A stretch of 64,000 nt of DNA, from the IMG/VR virus record IMGVR_UViG_3300046819_000361; one strand, written 5' to 3'. Made by a program: the position numbers and the translations under genes. Of this stretch, positions 27,925 through 38,500 are shown piece after piece; the first letter of the stretch is position 1; each line of letters starts with the position of its first letter. The notes beneath the pieces were generated by a model that worked only from the letters and a program-made list of their open reading frames with translations, was not told the DNA's origin and did no database searches. Source of the stretch: a virus (taxonomy: Duplodnaviria; Caudoviricetes).

Positions 27925-30184
27925 GTTTGTTCACAAAATCAAGTAGTATATTTATTTCAGTATTTTGTTCTTTAATAGCTTGAATTAGTAATGGTACTAA
28001 TTTTTCATACTGAACAGTTAAATAATTATCCCCGGTTATACTATTTCCATAATAATCCATGTCAAATGGGGCTAATGATACAGCTTCCGGTAATACTTTT
28101 TGTATTTCTTGTGCTATAACTCCTACTTGTGGTTTATAATTATTATATCCGAATCGTTCTGCATATGAATTTTGTGTAAATCTTACACCCCTGATTTCGT
28201 TTAATAATTCAGTTGCATTTTCAATTTCTTTGACATTTTCTTTTAATCGTTTGTCCGAATAGTATGCATATATGTTATTTGTTGCAACAATAGTCCCGAC
28301 CGTAGCTAATGCACCTGTCCCAACCCCTAATGAATTTACCTGAGCACTAGTCGCACCTGGAAATAACCCAGGTGCACCCGGTGATCCGCCTGCACCCGGT
28401 GATCCGCCAGGACCTAGTGGACCGGTTGCACCAGATGATCCATTTGCTCCGGGTGATCCAGGATTCCCAATACCACCAGGAGATCCGCCAGGACCTAGTG
28501 GGCCGGTTGCACCGGTTGATCCGGTTGATCCGATTGGACCTGTTGCACCTGGATTTCCTTTTGGGCCGGTTGCACCAGTAGATCCAATAGGGCCGGTTGC
28601 ACCCGGATCTCCTTTTGGGCCAGAAGCACCAGTAGAACCCTGGGGGCCGGTTGCACCACTAGCGCCAGATGATCCAGGCAGACCTTGTAGCCCTTGGCTT
28701 CCCTGTGGACCAGTAGTTCCTGGGGCACCAGTTGGACCCAATGGACCAGATGCCCCGGTTGAACCACGTGGACCGGTAGCTCCGGTAGCTCCTGTTGGAC
28801 CGACTGGTCCACGTGGGCCGGTTGCACCAATCCCGGTAGGACCTGTTGCACCAGTAGATCCTGTTGATCCAGATGATCCCAATGGCCCGGTTGCACCAGA
28901 TGCACCTGTGGAACCTCTTGGACCTGTTGCACCAGATGCCCCGGTTGATCCCAATGGCCCGGTTGCACCAGATGCACCTTGAGGCCCGGTTGCACCTGTT
29001 GAGCCAGTCGATCCGGTTGGACCTGTTGCACCAGATGCACCTGGTTGACCAGTTAACCCTTGTAATCCCTGTGGACCTGTTGCACCTGTTGCACCAGGAT
29101 CACCCAATGGTCCAGATGCACCTTGAGCACCACTGGCACCCGTTGATCCTTGTGGCCCGGTTGCACCTGTCGGTCCTTGTGGTCCAGTTGAACCAGATGC
29201 ACCTTGAGCACCACTGGCACCTTGCGGCCCGGTTGATCCAGATGCACCGGTTGATCCAATAGGACCGGTTGATCCAGATGCACCTTGAGGTCCAGTAGAC
29301 CCAGATGCTCCCGTTGATCCGGTTGGACCATTTGGTCCGGTTGATCCAATAGGACCGGTTGATCCAGATGCACCTTGTGGGCCGGTGGCTCCTGTTGCAC
29401 CAGGATCCCCAATCGGTCCGGTTGAACCAGATGCACCTTGAATACCAGAAGCACCTTGAGGTCCGGTTGATCCTAACGGGCCGGTTGATCCAGAAGCACC
29501 CTGTGGCCCGGTGGCACCGGTGGCACCCTGTGGGCCGGTGGCACCGGTTGAACCAGTATTGCCCAGTGGCCCGGTGGCACCGGAAGCACCTTGTGGGCCG
29601 GTGGCACCGGAAGCTCCAGTTGACCCTTGAGGACCAGTTGATCCAGAAGCACCTTGAGGACCAGTTGACCCAGACGCACCTTGAGGACCAGTTGAACCAG
29701 TAGCCCCAGAAGCACCTTGAGGGCCAGTTGATCCTCGCAATCCAACTATACCTTGTAATCCTTGAGCACCGGTTGCACCGGTTGCTGCATCAGCACCTCT
29801 AACACCGGTAGCACCAATAGGTCCAGTCGAACCAGATGCACCAGTTGATCCCATGGGTCCAGTCGAACCAGATGCTCCGATTGGACCCGTTGATCCAATC
29901 GGCCCAGTTGACCCAGATGCACCTTTTGTTCCCGAAGCACCGGGTTTTCCCAGGATACCTTGTGATCCGGTTGCGCCAATAGGTCCAGTAGCACCAGATG
30001 CACCAGTTGATCCTTTAACACCCGATGCACCGTTAATGCCAGTATATCCACGTGGACCAGTTGATCCAGGGGCACCAACAAGTCCTTCTGGAGGGCCTAT
30101 CCATTCACCAAGGGAATTTATTACCGATGTTTCACCAACTGTTAACCCATTTTTTATATTGAATGTTTTGTTATTTGTAGTCAA
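27911..30184 (-). CDS. collagen-like fibre protein with C-terminal peptidase S74 chaperone (nearly continuous Gly-X-Y)
   Basis: About 570 residues of [12 protein letters not shown] triplets; [10 protein letters not shown]; TTG start. Confidence 0.9.
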   Translation of the reverse strand: MTTNNKTFNIKNGLTVGETSVINSLGEWIGPPEGLVGAPGSTGPRGYTGINGASGVKGSTGASGATGPIGATGSQGILGKPGASGTKGASGSTGPIGSTGPIGASGSTGPMGSTGASGSTGPIGATGVRGADAATGATGAQGLQGIVGLRGSTGPQGASGATGSTGPQGASGSTGPQGASGSTGPQGSTGASGATGPQGASGATGPLGNTGSTGATGPQGATGATGPQGASGSTGPLGSTGPQGASGIQGASGSTGPIGDPGATGATGPQGASGSTGPIGSTGPNGPTGSTGASGSTGPQGASGSTGPIGSTGASGSTGPQGASGAQGASGSTGPQGPTGATGPQGSTGASGAQGASGPLGDPGATGATGPQGLQGLTGQPGASGATGPTGSTGSTGATGPQGASGATGPLGSTGASGATGPRGSTGASGATGPLGSSGSTGSTGATGPTGIGATGPRGPVGPTGATGATGPRGSTGASGPLGPTGAPGTTGPQGSQGLQGLPGSSGASGATGPQGSTGASGPKGDPGATGPIGSTGATGPKGNPGATGPIGSTGSTGATGPLGPGGSPGGIGNPGSPGANGSSGATGPLGPGGSPGAGGSPGAPGLFPGATSAQVNSLGVGTGALATVGTIVATNNIYAYYSDKRLKENVKEIENATELLNEIRGVRFTQNSYAERFGYNNYKPQVGVIAQEIQKVLPEAVSLAPFDMDYYGNSITGDNYLTVQYEKLVPLLIQAIKEQNTEINILLDFVNKHDRK
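28367..30085 (-). repeat. coding 9/27-bp periodic collagen repeat region
   Basis: Recurring ccggttgatccagatgcacc / ggcccggttgcacc units; higher GC than the flanks. Confidence 0.85.
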
Positions 30185-30201
30185 GGTTCATTGTCCCCTT
30201 T

Positions 30202-32730
30202 TTATACAGTTATATATTGTCGCTGTACATTTATTTGTGTCGCATCATTATCTGGTGTGAAAATTAAATTAAGTATTCCAGATACCAAACTAGAAGAAAA
30301 AATTCCTAATTTAGATATTGTAAAAATTTCACCATATTGCGAAATATTAACATTTGCTCCATCATGAATTAATATTATTTCAGTAGAATGATACTTATTA
30401 TTGCTTGTAACTTGAACAAGATATTTAGCAGTTCTATATACTGTTGTATCAAACGTGTCTATAACAGTAGGAATAGCAGTTGTTGTCGTATACGATAGAA
30501 TAGGCAACCCTGACGATGCAACAGAATCTACATATGATTTTGTTGCTAAATCATTTCCATTTATTGGTGGTAGACCATTGATTATTCTACTAGATGATAA
30601 ATCTAATTTACCAGTCCCATTTGGTGTTAATACAATATCTTGATTGGGATTGGCACTTCTAATACTATTACCTGAAAATATCAAATCATTAATAGTTAAT
30701 TCACCTACGATATTCTGTGGACTATCGCCATTCGTTGATATGTAATTGTTTTCTAAATATGTTACAATTGCTTCTTGTGTAGGTACGGTAAATTGATCTA
30801 TAAATCCATTACTTGCCTTTAATTCTGGATCATTACTAATTTCTTTTAATTGAACCCCAGAAGGTGCACCATTTCTAATTAACGGTCCTACTGCTCCTAA
30901 ATTTGTAAAGTCAATAGTTGATGCATCTAATGTTGTAGTTTTTGTTAATATATCAACTGAAAATACAGTACCAACTTTATAAATCCCTCGCTCATTTATC
31001 GAAGAACAAAATACTTTTCCATAATTAGTTTCATATATTTCACGTGTACTTCTTGGTACTCCTGAATTTGTTGGCAATGCGTTATAGGTAACACCAGACC
31101 CAACATAGCCAAAATTATGTGAATTTGATTTAATTATACTTGAATAATACATATTAACCGAATCACCAGCGAATACACTAAATTTAGTAGGTGTTACTTT
31201 AATACTAGCAGTTGTTCCTGTTAATTGCACAACTGATGAAATAAAATACTTTGGTGATGTCGATGCAAATCCGATTAATGTATTTTGTAATGGAACTTTA
31301 TTAATTCCATACACAATAAATTCTTGAATACCAGATAGAGATGCTTGTGCAATTGCTTCTGTAGTATGTGGACCAACAAAAGTGATAGAAGGTAATTCAG
31401 AATACCCATATCCACCATCTTCAACTATAATTTCTACAATTTTTCCACCTACTACGGTAGGTGTCACAATTGCGGCTAATCCAGCATACTCCAATCTAGC
31501 CGATCCATTTAACTCTGACCCAACATAATGAGTTGGGAAATTAGCTGGATCACTATCACTAGTTCCAGAAAGGATAACAACATATAAGTATGGACCATAA
31601 CATACTTGATCATACAAATTATAGTATGTTGAAGGAGTCCATTGTCTTCCAATTAAAATTTCTAAATTATCTGGATCATATCCATCACCTTGATTTGATA
31701 AGGTAATTGACAATAAATTACTGTATATAGATGCAGATACTATTCCATTTGATATATAAGCATCATAATTATAATTGTCGCTAAACAATCCATATGCCCC
31801 ATATTCAGTTGAACATGCATTGGTATTAATGGTTGCACCTGATTCAGCGTTATAACTTATTGAACAAAATTTAGTCATACATGAATCAGCATAAATGGTC
31901 GCACCATTTTCCGCCAAAATTCCAAAACCACCTTGATTTATTGCAATGAATTTATCCACGTAAGCGTGTTTTATAGTCGATGAAATAGAAAAAAGAACCC
32001 CATCTACACGAACACCACCCCCGGCGCCAGCTGAATCAACACGATATGCAGGATCTGGCACTTCGCTGTTTGTTATCAAAGGCAACGCAGTTGCACCTAT
32101 TGACTGATTTTGCACGGTTTCATTAGGTATAAACTTCATTCCATTATTCAAATATGGGCCAGATATACTCGTGCAATCTTTAATAGTAGGAGCTGTTGTA
32201 AATGTTGTGTATGGTAATATAGAGAATGCAAAACTTGGTGCTTGATGATCCTTAACGGTGATACATTCAATAGTTGATCCACTACTTAAATGAAAAACAT
32301 CTAATTGTGGGTTTTGTGGAATAATAACAACTCTCGAATCTTCGCCGATGATAGTCACGTTTTCCGGACAGACAATAGGATTGTTTTCAGTATACTCACC
32401 ACTAAAGACGATAATAGTTGTACCAGGAACAGCAGAATTTATAGCAGAGGTTATAGACGGCTTTGGTGCTGTTATTGAATTTCCAGGATATAAATCATTA
32501 CCATTTTTTGAAACAAATAATACGTTTTCTGTAGGCAGGATATCGGTTTGTATAGCAGACTGTGGAATCCATTCAGTTGTCCCATCAGTTCTCCCAATTA
32601 GTACACTGCTGTCCACATCTGGTGAGCCCAGCGCTGGCTGAGCTTGTTCTAGTGATACATATTTATATCTTGATGATGTTAATTTTGTTGCCGGAATTAC
32701 CGGTTTTCTTCCACTTAATAAATTAGGCAT
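30202..32730 (-). CDS. putative virion structural/fibre protein with a beta-helix-like domain
   Basis: LFVSKNGND...TIIVFSGEYTENNP (pectin-lyase-like start); paralogous to 35507-39583; C-terminal IDTF...YRTAKY module. Confidence 0.65.
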   Translation of the reverse strand: MPNLLSGRKPVIPATKLTSSRYKYVSLEQAQPALGSPDVDSSVLIGRTDGTTEWIPQSAIQTDILPTENVLFVSKNGNDLYPGNSITAPKPSITSAINSAVPGTTIIVFSGEYTENNPIVCPENVTIIGEDSRVVIIPQNPQLDVFHLSSGSTIECITVKDHQAPSFAFSILPYTTFTTAPTIKDCTSISGPYLNNGMKFIPNETVQNQSIGATALPLITNSEVPDPAYRVDSAGAGGGVRVDGVLFSISSTIKHAYVDKFIAINQGGFGILAENGATIYADSCMTKFCSISYNAESGATINTNACSTEYGAYGLFSDNYNYDAYISNGIVSASIYSNLLSITLSNQGDGYDPDNLEILIGRQWTPSTYYNLYDQVCYGPYLYVVILSGTSDSDPANFPTHYVGSELNGSARLEYAGLAAIVTPTVVGGKIVEIIVEDGGYGYSELPSITFVGPHTTEAIAQASLSGIQEFIVYGINKVPLQNTLIGFASTSPKYFISSVVQLTGTTASIKVTPTKFSVFAGDSVNMYYSSIIKSNSHNFGYVGSGVTYNALPTNSGVPRSTREIYETNYGKVFCSSINERGIYKVGTVFSVDILTKTTTLDASTIDFTNLGAVGPLIRNGAPSGVQLKEISNDPELKASNGFIDQFTVPTQEAIVTYLENNYISTNGDSPQNIVGELTINDLIFSGNSIRSANPNQDIVLTPNGTGKLDLSSSRIINGLPPINGNDLATKSYVDSVASSGLPILSYTTTTAIPTVIDTFDTTVYRTAKYLVQVTSNNKYHSTEIILIHDGANVNISQYGEIFTISKLGIFSSSLVSGILNLIFTPDNDATQINVQRQYITV

Positions 32731-35494
32731 TTGCAGTCTCTAATATGCTGAGAGTAACTTTTAATCCACTAGATTCACTAGCAAAAGCTACTATACTATC
32801 GAAGCTTTCGATAATCATTTTCCCTGATAATAACGATGCTGAATCGTTTGGAGGTATGATATAATCCTTTACTATTTCAGTAACGGTATCCCCTGCTTGG
32901 TATCCATTTAATGTTGCTGGGTCCGGGAATACTGGTATATTTCTATAATGAGCAAAAGTTAGACTAATATCATGGTCTGTTACATTAGCAACTTGGGCCA
33001 TTAAGACAATAGAAGTAACACCAGGAGGAGCTGTGTATATTTTAGTAGTATTAGGAGATTTAAGATTATTCATGTACCCAATCACTTCTGATACAATAAA
33101 TTCCTTATTCAGCATAATCAAATCAAATGCGGTTTGATATGCTTCATCACTCACTGGTGTGCTAGCAATAGGTTCACGAACATTCGCTGAGCCTGGACCG
33201 TTGTTTATAATATTAACTAAAGTATCAATTAATCCAAATGGATGTGATCTATCAATATTATAAATACTCCATGCAATTTCATCACATTTTCTAGGATCTC
33301 CAGCTGTTGGGATATAATATGACATATCCTGTTTGATTTCTTGTTGATACGGTGCTTTTAAGTATTTATTTTTATTTTTGTATGAAGTAATAGCACCTTG
33401 AGTTAAAAATGTATTAGTCACGATAGCCGACATAACAATACCCATATAATTATATGCATCAATGGTGTCTGTTTTTTCAGTTGGAACTACTGATGTATCG
33501 GCAGAATTACTATAGTAATACACTCCAGCTTGTGCAGCTTGACGATTACCGGGATATGTCAAATCGAAATTAATACAATCAACAATATATCCTATATCTC
33601 TAAAACATAGATTATCATTTGTGTATAATGAACTATTTGGATAAGTAAATCCAACTGAAACTGTACCAGATCCAACAACACTCCCTGTTGCTACAAAGGT
33701 AGTACCAGAAACAAATCCCACTGGTGCACCAGCTGCACCGAAATCACTATCACCAACAGTAACAATGGTATAGGTTCTACCTGTTTGCATTTCAGTTGAT
33801 GATATTACAGTGTAATGTGTAATTGCATCAATATACGCAACGATTTGAGCTTGAATAAATTCTTTATTTGCTAATAGAATTTTTGCTGCACTAATTAGAT
33901 TATAATCTGTGGTTTCTTTCAAACCTATTGGATGTAATTCAGAAGTGAACCCAAGTTCGTCCATATTCCAATCAGAAAGATTCAAAGTTGGATTTTTGTT
34001 TGTGTTAATAGTGTTACTTATGTATACTACGCCATTATAAACAACTGCATCATCTGGTTGATATGCTACCGAGTTAGACCAAGGAGAGGCATATGCCCCA
34101 TTGGGTCCATATTTTATAATGTTTCTAATTAACCTAACATTTTCAGTTGCAATATCTGCTTCATATGATGAGCCAGAGGTTAAACTAATGTTCTGTAAAA
34201 CATCTCTTTGATAAATCGTGGCAATCGGTTGTCCTAAAATAACATCATTAACAAGTGTTTCAAGATATTTATAAGCCGATAACGCTTCCGCCATTTCGGT
34301 TTCTATTAAACTAACATCGGTCGAAAATCCATAATAATAAACCCCAGCTTGGATAGTTTGTCTATTACCACCATATTTCAAATCAAATGAGATAGAATCA
34401 ACAATATAGCCAATATCTCTGTAGCATTTATCAGAATCATAGGCAAACGAATAAGAGAACGGAGGGGTGTTTGATGCTACATTATAGTTAATCCATGCAA
34501 TCACTTCTGATTGAATATATTTTTTATTTGCTTGCAATAAAGTATAAGCATTTAATAAACCAGTATCGCTAGTAGCCATACCATTTGGCTGAATATCATC
34601 AGTTACACCAGTAGTGCCATTTACAATAATGTCAGAAATTTTAGACATTAATGTATCCACTTTATTCTTACTAGTTAAATTACCTGGAATAGATGTATTG
34701 ATAATTTGGGACAATTTATTACCAGTTGTATTGATGATTACTTCATTTACAACAATTTTTTTCATTAATGATTTTGCAAAATCGACAGCTGCAGACGTTT
34801 GATTAATTTCACCATTAATTTTTGTAGATCCCTGTGACCAATATTGCAATCCAGCAAACAAAGATTGGGTAGATCCATTGAACAATAAATCAAATGCAAT
34901 AGAATCAACAATTAATCCAGTATCTCGGGAGCATTTTGCTTTATCATAAACATATCCTTTTCCAAATCTACTATTGACAAACGCAACAATTTCATGTTGT
35001 AAAAAAGTTTTGTTTGCTTGTAAAATAGCAACAGCGTTAGCCATTGAAGAGTTTGTATCAATATGTGCTCCATTTGTAATAATTCTATCAGTAACACCGG
35101 CTGTACCATTTTCAATAATATCGATAATCAAATTAAATTCATTTTCAATTAATAGTTGAGATTCGAGATCGCTTTCTGGATAACTCATATTTTGCGATAT
35201 TAAATTTCCCACTGATGCATCAACTGGTATATTGAGTATTAATTGCAATGCCACTTCTTTTGCATGTTGTAACGCTGAAATGGTTTGAAATACTTCCCCG
35301 TCAATTTTTGATACTCCTTGTGACCAATATTGCACTGCTGCAAATTCTGTTTGTGTTGATCCACCGAATAATAAATCATATGCAATTGAATCGACAATCA
35401 ATGCAGTATCCCTAGCACATTTTGCTTGGTTATATTTCAGTGTTGATAACACTGCTGTTTTTGTTTTAAACGTATTTAATGGTATTAATGCCAT
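32723..35494 (-). CDS. putative virion protein with four C-x-R-D helical repeats
   Basis: KCARD, KCSRD, KCYRD, LCFRD repeats; CBM5/12-like WSNSVAYQPDDAVVYNG insert. Confidence 0.65.
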   Translation of the reverse strand: MALIPLNTFKTKTAVLSTLKYNQAKCARDTALIVDSIAYDLLFGGSTQTEFAAVQYWSQGVSKIDGEVFQTISALQHAKEVALQLILNIPVDASVGNLISQNMSYPESDLESQLLIENEFNLIIDIIENGTAGVTDRIITNGAHIDTNSSMANAVAILQANKTFLQHEIVAFVNSRFGKGYVYDKAKCSRDTGLIVDSIAFDLLFNGSTQSLFAGLQYWSQGSTKINGEINQTSAAVDFAKSLMKKIVVNEVIINTTGNKLSQIINTSIPGNLTSKNKVDTLMSKISDIIVNGTTGVTDDIQPNGMATSDTGLLNAYTLLQANKKYIQSEVIAWINYNVASNTPPFSYSFAYDSDKCYRDIGYIVDSISFDLKYGGNRQTIQAGVYYYGFSTDVSLIETEMAEALSAYKYLETLVNDVILGQPIATIYQRDVLQNISLTSGSSYEADIATENVRLIRNIIKYGPNGAYASPWSNSVAYQPDDAVVYNGVVYISNTINTNKNPTLNLSDWNMDELGFTSELHPIGLKETTDYNLISAAKILLANKEFIQAQIVAYIDAITHYTVISSTEMQTGRTYTIVTVGDSDFGAAGAPVGFVSGTTFVATGSVVGSGTVSVGFTYPNSSLYTNDNLCFRDIGYIVDCINFDLTYPGNRQAAQAGVYYYSNSADTSVVPTEKTDTIDAYNYMGIVMSAIVTNTFLTQGAITSYKNKNKYLKAPYQQEIKQDMSYYIPTAGDPRKCDEIAWSIYNIDRSHPFGLIDTLVNIINNGPGSANVREPIASTPVSDEAYQTAFDLIMLNKEFIVSEVIGYMNNLKSPNTTKIYTAPPGVTSIVLMAQVANVTDHDISLTFAHYRNIPVFPDPATLNGYQAGDTVTEIVKDYIIPPNDSASLLSGKMIIESFDSIVAFASESSGLKVTLSILETANA

Positions 35495-35506
35495 GTATAA
35501 ATCCTC

Positions 35507-38500
35507 TTAACCTTCAATTGCTAATATAAACGGTGTCATTTCTGCAAACAAACTCTTTTGGAATGTTCTACCGCTCAGAACACCAGTTGCTTGACTAATT
35601 ACTAGATCTGGTCCTATTCTAAAATCACCATTCTGATCAGTTGATGTGAAAAAAACTTTCCCACCATTCAACATATTTACCTCATTTTCTTGGATAGGAT
35701 CAGATCTGCCAACCTGTGGTAATGCACCATAATTAGTCCCTGATCCAATATATTCAAAAAGATATCCAGAAGCTGACATATAACTTCTTTGATAGAAGTT
35801 AACCAACGCACCATCCGGGAATAATGCACTATTCCTAACATTATCTTCAATTTCAACAATGTGATATGTACCAGGTTTTGAAAAGTATGACAACCCAGAA
35901 TATACTGAATTGTAATTGCCACCACTGGTTAAATCATATGCTAAATTTACACAGATTAATTTAACATCTCGTCTACATTTATTACTATTGTATTCTAATT
36001 GAAACCATGCACCGGATTCTGCTGTTCTTATTTGTTCTTCAATATAAGCAGTAATTTCTTCTACGCAGAAATCTAAATTTGATAATATTAATTTTGCTGC
36101 ATCACCATGATTATTATTAACAACCCCGGTAGTTGATAATTCGATATCAATACCAGCAGCTGCAACAATTTCTGCATCAGTATTTCCAGCCAATATACCA
36201 GCTTTAACAATATTTGGATTTCCTAAAATAGTGATAATATTAGTCATTAATTCATCAATTATTGCAGCCATGGCTAATTTATCATAGGTAGATGCTAATT
36301 TTTGATCAATCACTTGCTCAACAATATTTTGTGAACTAACTACTACCTCATTCTGTACAATCTGTTTAACAATATTAGTTAATGCGACCAGTGACGATAT
36401 CTCAGGCTGTGGCAAAGTGGTAATTTGCTTTTCTGGTAAAATGCTATCACCAAGTGATATTATAGATCCATCTGACCTAAACGTTGGGTTAGTAGCAGGT
36501 GTACTAGACAAAATCGTATAATATGCATTACCACACGTGAATAATGTAAAATAATTAGGATTATTCAAATCACCGCCAGACATATTAACTGGTTTACTTA
36601 AGTATATAGTTTCTGGATCCATATCACTAATAACGGTTCCATCAAGAATATACAATTCCCCTGTCTCTGAATCATAATTATTTCCATATTGATCGTAAAT
36701 ATATACTCGTTGTCCAATAAACATGTTAATAGGATTGACACCACTTATGGATAACTCACCTTTTGTAATAGTTGACAAAGTAATGGTAGCTGTCAAAAAT
36801 CCAGGTTTACCTTGTGCATTAATATATTCAGATGGTGGTAATATTTCCATCATTAATGAAATATGTGGTCTATATGCAATATCTGGTAGGAAAACACAAA
36901 TTTGTTGTTTGTTAGGAAAAAATCCAGAAGGATAATATTCATTATAGTCAAATTCATTAGTCACAGAATTAAATGTATAATTTGTTGGATTATAGACTGT
37001 GCCAGAAAATTCACGTGGTCCATATCCTTTTGAAATCATGCAATATTTTCCAAAATTGGCGTTTGAATTAGTGATAGATGCAATGCCACCATTATCAGTT
37101 TGTACTGCAATCGAACTAAAGATTGTAAATACTGATACTAATTGAACATAACCACGATTAGTAACTCTGATACCACGACCGCCCTGATTCACTTGTGTGA
37201 AAGCATCAGCAACGAATGACCGAATTGGAGAATTGGTTGTGACAACATCACCATCTATTAACATGCCACCCATAGAACCCCATGGATCGCATTTGCGATT
37301 ACTCCATCTTGACGGAATCGTTGATTCAACTGCTGGATACACAGATGGCCAACCAAAATACAAAGTTGAATTATTCCCAACACCAACTGTTTTATTATCT
37401 AAATACAATCTAACTCGATTAACATCAGTATAAATATAATTTAAAATTTTTGTTGCTTTTTGAATATCATCTGCTGAAATACCAGTAGCAGAAAATAATG
37501 CAGTACCAGTATGTTTTCTATACTTTTTCGTTGTATCAGATGGATTAGTACCAATCAAATTGGTACCATTTTCAACAATATCTTTAATAATATTAACATT
37601 TTTTTCAATAGATACTGATGCAATTTCCCCATACATCCAATCTAAATTAATAGTTTGATCATATGACATACTAATGTTTCGTATGACATTTTGTATTACC
37701 GTATTTAATTGCGTAAATGCATCTAACCATATAAGCAATTCTTGTTGTGTCAATACTAAATGATTAGCATTATAATAAGCTGTTGCAACTTCAATTGTAC
37801 GCGAATTCCCACCCAATAAAGTATCATGTGCCAACGCATCGATAATATATCCAAGATCACGTTTGCATTTCATTCTGTCATAAACAAAAGTTGGATAATT
37901 GGTAGTTATGTATCCATCTATTCTATTCTGTAAATATGTTCTATTATTAATAATTAACAATTCAGCACTTGTTAAACCAAATTCTGGACCAGTACTTTTA
38001 TACTCACGATCAATGTATTCATCGGTTCCAAATGTTAAAATATTTTCAATTATTTGAATATTATTATTAAATGGTTGTATTGCAATAGCCCCATCTGTTA
38101 GTGAGGCATTTATTACTTGTGAAATACCAAATTTAGCAGTACCATTACCAGAACCGATCCCAGTGGCAACAAATGTCATACCAACAGTGTTACTTTCTGC
38201 GCCAATGTCGATAAAGTTAGTTGATCCAATTGAAACAATTGTATATGTTTTACCAGGAATAAACAAACCAGCATCCACTGTAGTTCCTGCATATAAGTCA
38301 GGGATAACTGAATTTTCTATGATTGATTCAACTAATGTTTTTATGAATCCCAACACATCTATTGTTTGATCAATTTCACCGGAAATTTTACTGATAGCAT
38401 TATCCCAATACGCTTTACCACATTGGATTGATTTTGAATTTCCACCAAAAGTAGTATCATACATAACATGTTCAATAATTATTCTAATATCTCTACTGCA

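Noticed and set aside
28367-30085. Repeat array resembling a CRISPR or satellite
   Set aside because: Repeats are in-frame collagen codons with no constant repeat/unique spacer structure; no cas genes
26063-30260. Many alternative-frame and antisense ORFs in the collagen genes (Pro/Asp/Val- or Gln/His/Leu-rich)
   Set aside because: By-products of stop-poor Gly-X-Y codon periodicity; no RBS or promoter
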